Below are positions 26,974-35,537 of a stretch of DNA of 64,000 bases, piece after piece. Source of the DNA: Candidatus Bilamarchaeaceae archaeon (GTDB lineage Archaea > Micrarchaeota > Micrarchaeia > Anstonellales > Bilamarchaeaceae); the NCBI GenBank assembly GCA_038870635.1, contig JAVZJR010000004.1:40406-104405 (forward strand), written 5' to 3'. Under the pieces are notes generated by a model. It searched no databases. It had not been told where the DNA came from and saw only the letters and a program-made list of their open reading frames with translations. Numbering within the stretch: the first letter of the stretch is position 1; every line of letters starts with the position of its first letter. Position numbers and translations under genes: made by a program.

Positions 26974-27113
26974 CCGCATCTATTGATGAGCGAGCGGTGA
27001 TTGACGAACACCCCGCTACATTAGCGGAATTCGTCTTGAGCTCATAAATTGCTCCCTCACTCCTTTAATGGAGCAATTTATCCAAACGGCAAGGGCTTAA
27101 AGCAACGATGCGG
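26974..27113 (+). ncRNA. About 140-nt multi-stem structured RNA / 5' leader of rps17
   Basis: Stems CCGCATC/GATGCGG, ATGAGC/GCTCAT, GACGAA/TTCGTC, CCGCTA/TAGCGG and ATAAATTGCTCC/GGAGCAATTTAT in a GC-richer non-coding gap. Confidence 0.7.
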
Positions 27114-27126
27114 TTAGGTGAATTTA

Positions 27127-27432
27127 ATGGCAGACATGTGCGATGATAAAAAATGCTTTCAACACGGCACGGTTCGTGTTAGAGGGGGCGTTCTACAGGG
27201 AATAGTTGTTAGTACTAAAGGAAAGCGAACTGCAATAATAGAGCAGCGAAGAGCTAAAAAAATACCTAAATATGAAAGATGGGCTAAAGTTCGTTCAAGA
27301 GTACCAGCTCATAACCCCCCATGCATAAATGCACAGGTTGGTGATATTGTTGAAATAGGAGAAACAAGGAGATTGAGTAAAACTAAGGCTTGGACCATAA
27401 CTAAAATCTTAAAAAAAGGTGAGGCAAGATGA
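27127..27432 (+). CDS. rps17: 30S ribosomal protein S17
   Basis: CDDKKCFQHG, KYER, AHNPPCI, ETRRLSKTK. Confidence 0.96.
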   Translation: MADMCDDKKCFQHGTVRVRGGVLQGIVVSTKGKRTAIIEQRRAKKIPKYERWAKVRSRVPAHNPPCINAQVGDIVEIGETRRLSKTKAWTITKILKKGEAR

Positions 27433-27827
27433 AAGGTTTATCAAGTAATGTTGTAAAAACATTAATTCCTGGTGCATTGTTGGTTTGTGCTGATAATAGC
27501 GGCGCAAAGATTATATCTATAATAAATGTTTTGGGAAGAAGAGGAAAGCATGCGCGCTGCCCTGCAGCCGGAATTGGTGATATTGTAGTAGCGTCTGTTA
27601 AAAAAGGAAAGCCAGATATGATAAAAAAAGTAGTAAAGGCCCTTGTAGTCAGACAAAAAAAAGAATACCGCAGGCCAAATGGTATGCGAATCTGCTTTGA
27701 AGATAATGCAGCTGTCTTGATTAATGATTCTCTTCTCCCTGTTGGTACAGAAATAAAAGGTGTTGTCGCCAAAGAGATCGCCGAGCGCTATCCAAAAGTT
27801 GCAGCCGTAGCAGCAGGTGTTGTTTGA
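27429..27827 (+). CDS. rpl14: 50S ribosomal protein L14
   Basis: ADNSGAK, FEDNAAV. Confidence 0.97.
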   Translation: MKGLSSNVVKTLIPGALLVCADNSGAKIISIINVLGRRGKHARCPAAGIGDIVVASVKKGKPDMIKKVVKALVVRQKKEYRRPNGMRICFEDNAAVLINDSLLPVGTEIKGVVAKEIAERYPKVAAVAAGVV

Positions 27828-27836
27828 GGTGGAAAC

Positions 27837-28292
27837 ATGAAACCAGACACTGAAAGAAAAAAATATGTATTCGCAAAAATTCATAAAAAGAAAAAAAATA
27901 TGCATGTTCATCTTTCAAAAGAACTTAGAAAAAATATGAAAATAAAAAGAAGAGCGATTGGTATCAGAAAAGGTGATCGTGTTAAAATAATGCGTGGTAA
28001 ATACAAAGGTAGTGAAGGTACAGTTTCAAAGGTTAGTGTTGTAGATCGCGTTGTTTTTCTTGAAGGTTTTACTAGAAAAAATAGTCGTGGTAAGGAGATA
28101 CCAATTAAATTTCAGCCATCTAATCTTATGTTAATTAGTTTAACAGAGACAAAAGAACGTTCTAAGATTTTTGGTAGTGAAGCATTCCAGCAACCTAAAC
28201 AAACCAAAAAAACAAAATATGAAGAAAATGTTGAAAAGGCTTCTGCAGAGCCAAATTTAGAGGTAGTAAAAGAAGTTGAATCGAAAGGGTGA
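27837..28292 (+). CDS. rpl24: 50S ribosomal protein L24
   Basis: LSKELR, IRKGDRVKIMRG (KOW), PSNLM. Confidence 0.96.
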   Translation: MKPDTERKKYVFAKIHKKKKNMHVHLSKELRKNMKIKRRAIGIRKGDRVKIMRGKYKGSEGTVSKVSVVDRVVFLEGFTRKNSRGKEIPIKFQPSNLMLISLTETKERSKIFGSEAFQQPKQTKKTKYEENVEKASAEPNLEVVKEVESKG

Positions 28293-28297
28293 AAAAT

Positions 28298-29011
28298 ATG
28301 GGAAAGAGAGGTGGAACTCATCATATAAAAAGACTGGCTGCTCCAAAAGCCCTCTACTTATTAAATAAAAAGAAATACAAATGGGTTGTAAAACCAATGG
28401 CTGGCCCACATAATAAAGAGAGCAGCGTTCCTTTAGGTGTTCTTCTTCGTGATTTATTAAATATAACAAAAACCATGAGAGAGGTAAAAAAGATACTAAA
28501 TAAGAGTTTTATTAAAGTTGATAACGTCATCAGAAAAAATGAAAAATTTCCAGTCGGTTTGCTGGATGTTGTTTCTCTTGTTCCAGCAAATAAACACTAT
28601 CGCATTCTTGTTGATTCTAAAGGTCGTTTAAAACCCGTTGAGATAAACAAAGATACTAACTTAAAAGTTGCAAAAGTAATAAACAAAACTATTATTAAAA
28701 ATGGAAAAATGCTTTTTACTTTGCACGATGGCAAGAATATTCTTGGTGATAATCATATTTCTATAGGAGATAGTTTGGTTTTAGAGCTTCCATCTAATAC
28801 AAAGGAAAAAATTAAGTTAGTGCAGCACTTGAAGTTAGAGCCAGGGACTCGTTGTTACATAAGTAAAGGAAAACATGCGGGAAAAATTGTTACTTTTAAA
28901 GAATTAATAAAAAGAGCAAGTGGTAAAGAGGAGGCTTTAGTTAGTGATGGAAAATCAGATTTTATCACTGTGTCTAATTATGTTGTGGCTGTTGGTGATT
29001 ATCTATTCTGA
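28298..29011 (+). CDS. rps4e: 30S ribosomal protein S4e
   Basis: HIKRLAAP, GPH, FPVGLLDV, GKHAG. Confidence 0.96.
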   Translation: MGKRGGTHHIKRLAAPKALYLLNKKKYKWVVKPMAGPHNKESSVPLGVLLRDLLNITKTMREVKKILNKSFIKVDNVIRKNEKFPVGLLDVVSLVPANKHYRILVDSKGRLKPVEINKDTNLKVAKVINKTIIKNGKMLFTLHDGKNILGDNHISIGDSLVLELPSNTKEKIKLVQHLKLEPGTRCYISKGKHAGKIVTFKELIKRASGKEEALVSDGKSDFITVSNYVVAVGDYLF

Positions 29012-29020
29012 GGTGAAGGT

Positions 29021-29530
29021 ATGATTAATCCAATGAGAGAAATACTTATAGAAAAAGTGACTGTCAATATAGGTGTTGGTTCTCCTGGTGAAAGACTAGA
29101 TAACGCCAAAGAGCTTTTGAAAAGACTTACAGGAATGACTCCAGTTGAGACGCTGGCACGAAGACGTGAACCTGCTTTTAAAATAAGGCGAGGGATGCCA
29201 ATCGGTATAAAAGTAACTTTAAGAGGTAAAAGTGCACAAGATTTTTTAGAAAAAGCATTATCCGCAAAGAAAAAAATATTAAGAGAAAAATCATTTAACG
29301 ATGGTGGTAATTTTTCTTTCGGTATTGCAGAATATATCGATTTTCCTGGTGCAAAATACGACCCCGCTATAGGTATGTATGGTTTTGATGTTTGTGTTAC
29401 ATTGAAGAGAAGAGGCGCGCGTGTGGCTTATAGGAAACTGAAAAAATCGGTTATTGGGAAAAAACATCGCATAACAAAAGAAGAAGCAATAGATTTTGTT
29501 AAATCCAAATTTAATGTTAAAATTGAGTGA
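29021..29530 (+). CDS. rpl5: 50S ribosomal protein L5
   Basis: NPMRE..IEKVTVNIGVG, GNFSFGI.EYIDFPG.KYDP.IG. Confidence 0.97.
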   Translation: MINPMREILIEKVTVNIGVGSPGERLDNAKELLKRLTGMTPVETLARRREPAFKIRRGMPIGIKVTLRGKSAQDFLEKALSAKKKILREKSFNDGGNFSFGIAEYIDFPGAKYDPAIGMYGFDVCVTLKRRGARVAYRKLKKSVIGKKHRITKEEAIDFVKSKFNVKIE

Positions 29531-29535
29531 TTTTT

Positions 29536-29727
29536 ATGAATACTAAGAAAAAAGAAAAAGATAAGAGAGTTTATGGAAACATCGATAGATATAAAGGAAA
29601 AGATAGAAGAATCTGTAGAAATTGTGGAAATGCTAGGGGATTAATAAGAAAGTATAATCTTTACATTTGTAGACGTTGCTTCCGTGAAATAGGAGAGCAA
29701 CTTGGTTTTAGAAAATATGGTGGTTAA
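29536..29727 (+). CDS. rps14: 30S ribosomal protein S14 (zinc-binding)
   Basis: CRNCG...IRKYNLYICRRCFRE...GFRKY. Confidence 0.96.
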   Translation: MNTKKKEKDKRVYGNIDRYKGKDRRICRNCGNARGLIRKYNLYICRRCFREIGEQLGFRKYGG

Positions 29728-29728
29728 T

Positions 29729-30112
29729 ATGGTTGATTATCTAGCAGATGCTTTAAATACTATAAAAACACACGAATATGTAGGACAAAAGAGATGCACA
29801 ATAAAAGCAAGTAAGTTGGTCGGTGAAGTGTTGCGTATACTAAAAGAGAGAAAATATCTTAAGGATTTTAAGTTTATTGATGATGGACGTGGCGGATTGT
29901 TTGAAGTAGAGTTGGATGGTAGAATAAATAATTGCGGCGTTATAAAACCTCGTTTTCCAGTAAAAAAGAATGAATGGGCGAAAACAGAAGAACGTTATAT
30001 TCCTGGCGTTGGAATCGGTTTGCTAATAGTTACAACACCGTTCGGTATAATGACTAATGAAGATGCTGAAAATAGAAAAATTGGCGGAAGACTTTTAGCT
30101 TATGTTTATTGA
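29729..30112 (+). CDS. rps8: 30S ribosomal protein S8
   Basis: DYLADAL, DDGRGG, INNCGVIKPRF, GGRLLAYVY. Confidence 0.97.
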   Translation: MVDYLADALNTIKTHEYVGQKRCTIKASKLVGEVLRILKERKYLKDFKFIDDGRGGLFEVELDGRINNCGVIKPRFPVKKNEWAKTEERYIPGVGIGLLIVTTPFGIMTNEDAENRKIGGRLLAYVY

Positions 30113-30122
30113 GGTGAAGTAA

Positions 30123-30623
30123 ATGATAACTATCCCCAACGGCATTACATTTGAAATTAAAGATGACAAAATTACTGTAAAAGGTCCAAAAGGAAACGTA
30201 ACAAAGAAATTTCCTAAAACTTTAAAGGTTGAGAAAAACGGCAACTCTCTAAATATCATTAGTTTATCAAAAAAAGATGATGCCCTTGTAGGTACTTATG
30301 ACTCTATTTTAAAATCAATGATAGAAGGCGTCACAAATGGATATACAAAGAAGTTGAAGGCAATTTATGCTCATTTTCCTATTTCCTTCGAGGTAAAAGG
30401 TAGCAATATAATAATAAAAAATTTTTTAGGTGAAAAAAACCCTCGCTTATCTAAAATAGTAGGTGATGGTACTAAAGTTGAGGTTAAAGGGGCACAATTG
30501 ACAATTAGCGGTCCCGATAAAGAAGCAATTGGACAAACTATCGCTAACTTAAAAGCTGCACTTAAGATAAGAGAAAAAGACCCCCGTGTTTTTCAAGATG
30601 GTGTTTACGAGCTTGTTGAGTGA
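30123..30623 (+). CDS. rpl6: 50S ribosomal protein L6
   Basis: VKGPKG, YAHFP, NFLGEK, DPRVFQDGVY. Confidence 0.97.
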   Translation: MITIPNGITFEIKDDKITVKGPKGNVTKKFPKTLKVEKNGNSLNIISLSKKDDALVGTYDSILKSMIEGVTNGYTKKLKAIYAHFPISFEVKGSNIIIKNFLGEKNPRLSKIVGDGTKVEVKGAQLTISGPDKEAIGQTIANLKAALKIREKDPRVFQDGVYELVE

Positions 30624-30637
30624 TTAAGGTGAAAAAA

Positions 30638-31060
30638 ATGGTCGAAAAAAATAAAGATAAAAAAAATGCCTTAAAAAGACCAAAGAAAAAGAAAAAACCA
30701 ACTTTTAACGTTCTCAATTATGGTTTTTTTAAAGCAGTAAAAGATAGGTGGAGGAAACCGCGAGGTACTGCAAATAAAAAAAGAAGAAAAAAGAAATGGG
30801 CTGGCGCCTTACCTAAGATTGGCTACAAAAACCCGGCTAGTGTTGCTGGTCTAAGAGAAGATGGTCGCAAAGAGATTCTTATTCGTGGCTTGCCAGATTT
30901 AGAAATAATAAAAAATTCTACTCCTGAAGAACGAAGCAGAATATGCTTAAAGTTTTCTTCTTCTTTAAGCAAAAGAACAAGAGCAAAAATGGCAGAAATG
31001 ATTAAGGAATATGGAATAGAAATTGTTAATTTTAAAAAAGATGATTCTAAAGGTGGATAA
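30638..31060 (+). CDS. rpl32e: 50S ribosomal protein L32e
   Basis: KKPTF, WRKPRG, PKIGY; position after rpl6. Confidence 0.93.
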   Translation: MVEKNKDKKNALKRPKKKKKPTFNVLNYGFFKAVKDRWRKPRGTANKKRRKKKWAGALPKIGYKNPASVAGLREDGRKEILIRGLPDLEIIKNSTPEERSRICLKFSSSLSKRTRAKMAEMIKEYGIEIVNFKKDDSKGG

Positions 31061-31062
31061 TT

Positions 31063-31512
31063 ATGACATTTGATACTGTGCGAAGAATCGCGGCAGATAT
31101 TCTTTCTGTAGGTAAAAAAAGAATAAGATTCGCCACTGACAAACTTAGTGAGATAAAAAATGCAATGACAAGAGAAGACGTACGTAATCTCATAAATAAA
31201 AAGGCAATTACTATATTGCCAAAAAAAGGAAGGAGAAAAAAGAAAAAAAGAAAAAAGAGGGGAGAAGGTAGTATCAAAGGAAGTAAGTCTGGTAAAGAAA
31301 GAAAAAAAGAATGGATGGCACGTGTAAGAAGCCAAAGAAAATTGCTATCCTACTTAGTAGAAAATAATATTTTGAAAAAAGAGCATAAAAGGAATATTTA
31401 TTTAAAGATAAAAGGAAATTCTTTCAGAAGCAAAAGAGCTCTTCTGACTTATCTGAAAGATAACAATTTAATACCAAAAGATTTTGAGTTAAAAAAAGGT
31501 GATAAAAAATGA
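31063..31512 (+). CDS. rpl19e: 50S ribosomal protein L19e
   Basis: RIAADIL.VG, TREDVR.LI, WMARVRSQR, KGNSF. Confidence 0.95.
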   Translation: MTFDTVRRIAADILSVGKKRIRFATDKLSEIKNAMTREDVRNLINKKAITILPKKGRRKKKKRKKRGEGSIKGSKSGKERKKEWMARVRSQRKLLSYLVENNILKKEHKRNIYLKIKGNSFRSKRALLTYLKDNNLIPKDFELKKGDKK

Positions 31513-32003
31513 CAAGAGCAAGAGGTCCAAAGTTTGATGTTCCTTTTAGAAGAAGAAGGGAAAAGAAAACAGATTATAGGAAAAGGGCAGCGCTTCTAAA
31601 AAGCAATCTTCCAAGAATGGTTGTAAGAAAAACAAATCGACAAGTTATTGTACAGTTTTTTGAGTTTTCTCCAAGAGGTGATAATTGTTTAGTTTCGGTA
31701 GATGCAGTCCGTTTAAAGAAAATTAGCGGCTGGGAAATGAAGTGTAATTCTTGGAGTGCTTATTTGGCAGGGTTGCTAGCCGGAAAAGAAGCATTAAAAA
31801 AAGGAATAAAGGATTTTGTTTTAGATATTGGAAGACAAACTCCTACAAAAGGTTCCATTGTTTTTGCAGCACTTAAGGGTGCAGTGGATGCAGGTCTACA
31901 AACAAAATTTAGCGAAGAAGTTATCCCATTAGATAAGCTTGAAAATATCCCGGAAAAAATAAAAGGTATGTTTGAGGAGGCAAAAAATAAGATTGCTGCT
32001 TAG
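31509..32003 (+). CDS. rpl18: 50S ribosomal protein L18
   Basis: FRRRREKKTDY, AYLAG, LDIG, ALKGAVDAGL. Confidence 0.96.
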   Translation: MTRARGPKFDVPFRRRREKKTDYRKRAALLKSNLPRMVVRKTNRQVIVQFFEFSPRGDNCLVSVDAVRLKKISGWEMKCNSWSAYLAGLLAGKEALKKGIKDFVLDIGRQTPTKGSIVFAALKGAVDAGLQTKFSEEVIPLDKLENIPEKIKGMFEEAKNKIAA

Positions 32004-32027
32004 TTTTAATTTTTCATGGTGATTGTA

Positions 32028-32654
32028 ATGGTGGAAAAAGTAAAAACAATAGATAAAGAAAGCTGGGAACCAAAAACACGAATAGGAAAAATGGTAAAGG
32101 CAGGAGAGATAACAACATTTGAAGAAATTCTTAATATGGGTAAACCAATTCTGGAACCAGAAATAATAGATGTTCTTATGCCTGATCTTCAAGCTGAAAC
32201 ATTAGAAGTAAGAAGTACACAGCGTGTAACTGATTCAGGTAAAAGAACAAAGTTTCGCGTTACTGTTGTTATTGGAGATGGTAAAGGGCATGTTGGCGTT
32301 GGTGTTGGTAAAAGCGAAGAACTTAAACCAGCAATGGATTATGCAATTCGGGATGCAAAGAAAAAAATGATATCGGTACAAACTGGCTGTGGTTCATGGG
32401 AATGTCGTTGTGATCAACCCCATTCTATCCCACAAGCAATAAAAGGTAAGGAAGGAAGCACTGTTGTATATCTTAAGCCTGCCCCAAGAGGTTTGGGTTT
32501 GGCAACTAACTCTGTAGTTAAAAAAGTTCTTTCTATTGCGGGCGTTAGAGATGTTTGGGGCAGAACTTTTGGCGGTTCAAATACTTATAATATGGCTTTA
32601 GCTACAATAAAAGCGCTTGATGCGCTAAATAAGCTTAAGCCATCAGCAGAGTGA
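32028..32654 (+). CDS. rps5: 30S ribosomal protein S5
   Basis: WEPKTRIG, TDSGKR, GCGSWEC, PAPRGLGL. Confidence 0.97.
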   Translation: MVEKVKTIDKESWEPKTRIGKMVKAGEITTFEEILNMGKPILEPEIIDVLMPDLQAETLEVRSTQRVTDSGKRTKFRVTVVIGDGKGHVGVGVGKSEELKPAMDYAIRDAKKKMISVQTGCGSWECRCDQPHSIPQAIKGKEGSTVVYLKPAPRGLGLATNSVVKKVLSIAGVRDVWGRTFGGSNTYNMALATIKALDALNKLKPSAE

Positions 32655-32660
32655 TGAAAT

Positions 32661-33092
32661 ATGTTTGCAGTTATAAGAGTTAGAGGCATAAGGAAAATAA
32701 AACCCCGTATAAAAAAGACACTTGAACTATTGCGATTGCATAAACCAAACCATTGTGTTATTGTGCGAGATTCTCCAACTGTGAAAGGGATGTTGAATGT
32801 TGCAAAAGATTATATTGCTTATGGAGTTATTGACGATAAAATGATTGCCAAATTACTTTATAAAAGAGGCAAAATTGGTTCTATTTTCTTGCGCGATAAG
32901 ATAGATAAAAAAACAATAGAAGAAATAGCAAAGGAGATTTTTGAAGGCAAAAAGAAGGTTTCAGAAGTAGTTGATCCAGTATTCTGTCTTCATCCTCCAC
33001 GCAAAGGCTATAAGAATATAAAACTTCATTATCCGCGAGGAGATTTAGGAAGGCACGATGATATCAGTAAACTTTTAAATAGGATGTTATGA
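32661..33092 (+). CDS. rpl30: 50S ribosomal protein L30 (archaeal uL30)
   Basis: AVIRVRG, TLELLRL, LHPPRKG. Confidence 0.96.
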   Translation: MFAVIRVRGIRKIKPRIKKTLELLRLHKPNHCVIVRDSPTVKGMLNVAKDYIAYGVIDDKMIAKLLYKRGKIGSIFLRDKIDKKTIEEIAKEIFEGKKKVSEVVDPVFCLHPPRKGYKNIKLHYPRGDLGRHDDISKLLNRML

Positions 33093-33103
33093 GGTGAATA
33101 TTT

Positions 33104-33526
33104 ATGCCAAAAAGAAAAGAAAGAAAGAAGAGAAAATATCTTGGAACAAGGCATTGTGGGAGAGGTAATAAAAAGAAAGGAAGAGGTAGTGGAACTAAAG
33201 GCGGAACAGGAATGGCTGGAAGTGGAAAACATAAATTCACTTATATAACTGCCCATGCTCCAGATTATTTTGGGAAACGTGGTTTCGTTAGACATGGAGT
33301 AAAAAGCGATTACAATACCATCAATTTGTATGAGTTAGATGATTTAGCTAAAAAAGATCAACTCGAAAAAAAAGATGGAATATACTATTTCGAGTTTAAA
33401 GGGAAAGTGTTAGGTACCGGAGAAATAAAAATTCCAATTATTGTGAAAGCAAATGCATGGAGCAAAAAAGCAGAAAATAAGATAAAGGCCGCCGGTGGAA
33501 ACATCTCTAAGTTTTCAAATGAGTGA
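33104..33526 (+). CDS. rpl15: 50S ribosomal protein L15
   Basis: GSGTKGGTGMAG..KHK, FGKRGF, KVLGTG, KIKAAGG. Confidence 0.96.
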   Translation: MPKRKERKKRKYLGTRHCGRGNKKKGRGSGTKGGTGMAGSGKHKFTYITAHAPDYFGKRGFVRHGVKSDYNTINLYELDDLAKKDQLEKKDGIYYFEFKGKVLGTGEIKIPIIVKANAWSKKAENKIKAAGGNISKFSNE

Positions 33527-33532
33527 TGCTCT

Positions 33533-34978
33533 ATGGTAAATTTTTTTGACATAACAACAGCCATAACATCACACTTACCGGAAATAAAATCCCCTCCTGT
33601 TGCACCACCCGCCAAGGAGCGATTAATGTGGACTGGTATTGCATTAGTCCTCTATTTTATGATGTATTTTACAATTTGTTTTGGCGTTCAGCACGATCCT
33701 GCTTCTGCTTCTATTGATTTTCTTCAAACAATAACTGCTTCAAAGATCGGCGGATTGCTAACCGCTGGCATTGGCCCAATAGTTTTTGCTTCCATTTTTT
33801 TACAATTATTTAACGGCGCAGGTCTTTTGAATATTGACATAAAATCTAGAGAAGGAAGAAAGAAATTTCTTGAAGCCCAAAAAGTTTTGGCTATTATTCT
33901 TGCTTTTGTAGAGGGGGCGTTATTTGTTTTTGGAGGAAGGCTAGTGCTTATTTCTATACCTGGTATTGAACCTTTTTACTTGGGTCTTTTGGTGGTTTTT
34001 CAGATAGCGCTTGGTTCTATAATTGTAATCTATCTTGATGAAATATTAACGAAGTATGGTATAGGAAGCGCCGTAAGTCTTTTTATAGCCGCTGGTGTTT
34101 CGTATGCAATATTGTCTGGTTTAGTGGGTCTTGTGTTCGGTCAAAATGGTGTGCTTGAAACGGTGGCCGAAGGTGGTGCAGAAGCCATCCCAAATTCCAT
34201 TCTTGTTCTTTTACCTTTCTTGTTTACTATTTTAGTTTTTCTTGTTTGTGTTTATGCTGAAGAGATAAAAGTAGAAATACCTATTGCTTTTGAGCGTATA
34301 AGGGGACTTGTGCCTAAACTACCATTGAAGTTTTTTTACGTTTCTAACATTCCTGTTATATTCGCTAGTGCACTTCTTCTTAACATTCAAATTTTTGGTG
34401 GTGCTCTTGCTAATGCTAGTCTTGTAATTCCCGGTACAGATATAGATATAGTAAAAATAATAGCATATGTTTCGCCTTCTACTCATACTATACAAGATGG
34501 TATATTATATTACATAACGCCAATTTACTATGGTGGAAAAGACACTATGGCGCATTTCAATTATTTGCTAAACGGAGTATCTCCTGTATATGGTATACCT
34601 GAATGGGTGCATGCAATAACTTATTTATTATTCTTAACTTCTTTTTCGGTTATGTTTGGTCTCTTTTGGGTAGATATCGCAGGGATGGATGCTAAGAGTG
34701 TAGCCAACCAATTGTCAAGTTCTGGCCTGCAAATTCCTGGTTTTAGAAGAGACCCAAGAATGCTTGAAAGCATTTTGCAAAAATATGTCTATCCGCTCAC
34801 TGTTGTGGGTTCTTTTTCAGTTGGTCTTCTTGCAGGGTTAGCTGATCTCACTGGCGCACTTGGTACTGGTACAGGAATTTTACTTACCGTTGGTATATTG
34901 TACAGAATGTATGAACAGATGGAACAGATGAAGATGTTTGAGCTCTATTCTATGTTAGGGCAGGTAGTTGGTAAATAG
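33533..34978 (+). CDS. secY: Preprotein translocase SecY
   Basis: GIGPIV.ASI, KYGIGS, YVSNIPVI, IPGFRRD, GTGTGILL. Confidence 0.97.
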   Translation: MVNFFDITTAITSHLPEIKSPPVAPPAKERLMWTGIALVLYFMMYFTICFGVQHDPASASIDFLQTITASKIGGLLTAGIGPIVFASIFLQLFNGAGLLNIDIKSREGRKKFLEAQKVLAIILAFVEGALFVFGGRLVLISIPGIEPFYLGLLVVFQIALGSIIVIYLDEILTKYGIGSAVSLFIAAGVSYAILSGLVGLVFGQNGVLETVAEGGAEAIPNSILVLLPFLFTILVFLVCVYAEEIKVEIPIAFERIRGLVPKLPLKFFYVSNIPVIFASALLLNIQIFGGALANASLVIPGTDIDIVKIIAYVSPSTHTIQDGILYYITPIYYGGKDTMAHFNYLLNGVSPVYGIPEWVHAITYLLFLTSFSVMFGLFWVDIAGMDAKSVANQLSSSGLQIPGFRRDPRMLESILQKYVYPLTVVGSFSVGLLAGLADLTGALGTGTGILLTVGILYRMYEQMEQMKMFELYSMLGQVVGK

Positions 34979-34988
34979 GTGGTTGTTT

Positions 34989-35525
34989 ATGATAATTGTT
35001 ATGGGTTTGCCCGGGGCTGGTAAAACGACGGTTTTGCAAGGGCTACACGGAGACTACAAAATATTGAATTATGGCGACCTTATGCTTGAAATAGAAAAAG
35101 AAAAATTCGGTGTTAAGGACCGGGATGAAATGCGAAAACTTCCTATAGAAAAGCAAAAAGAAGCACAAATGCTCGTTGCAGAAAAATTATCAAAAATGAA
35201 CGAAAAAATAATATTAGATACGCACTGTTCAATAAATACTCCGAGTGGCTACTATCCTGGTTTACCATTTGATTTTCTGAAAAAACTGAAAGTTGAAAAA
35301 CTAATCTATATTACGGCACCAGCGGATCAGATATATGTTAGAAGAAATTCTGATCCTACTAGAAAAAGAGATGCGCAAACACTTGAAGAGATTTTAGAAC
35401 ACGATAACATAAACAAAAGTTATTTAGCGGCATACTCTGCCTTTACTGGTGCACCTGCTGCAATTCTTATAAATGCTCAAGGAAAGTTAGAAGAGACGCG
35501 GGCAAAGCTGAATTCTTTGCTTTAG
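34989..35525 (+). CDS. adkA: Archaeal adenylate kinase
   Basis: GLPGAGKTT P-loop, NYGDLM, RDEMRKL, DTH, GYYPGLP. Confidence 0.94.
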   Translation: MIIVMGLPGAGKTTVLQGLHGDYKILNYGDLMLEIEKEKFGVKDRDEMRKLPIEKQKEAQMLVAEKLSKMNEKIILDTHCSINTPSGYYPGLPFDFLKKLKVEKLIYITAPADQIYVRRNSDPTRKRDAQTLEEILEHDNINKSYLAAYSAFTGAPAAILINAQGKLEETRAKLNSLL

Positions 35526-35537
35526 AGGGATTTCTTA

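Noticed and set aside
26974..27113. Structured RNA as RNase P RNA, SRP RNA, 5S rRNA or a C/D box guide
   Set aside because: GGCTTA before the closing stem and a TGATGA are present, but the GAGGAAAG-type RNase P CR-I motif, SRP helix 8, 5S motifs and proper C/D spacing are absent. An Rfam search is still advised.
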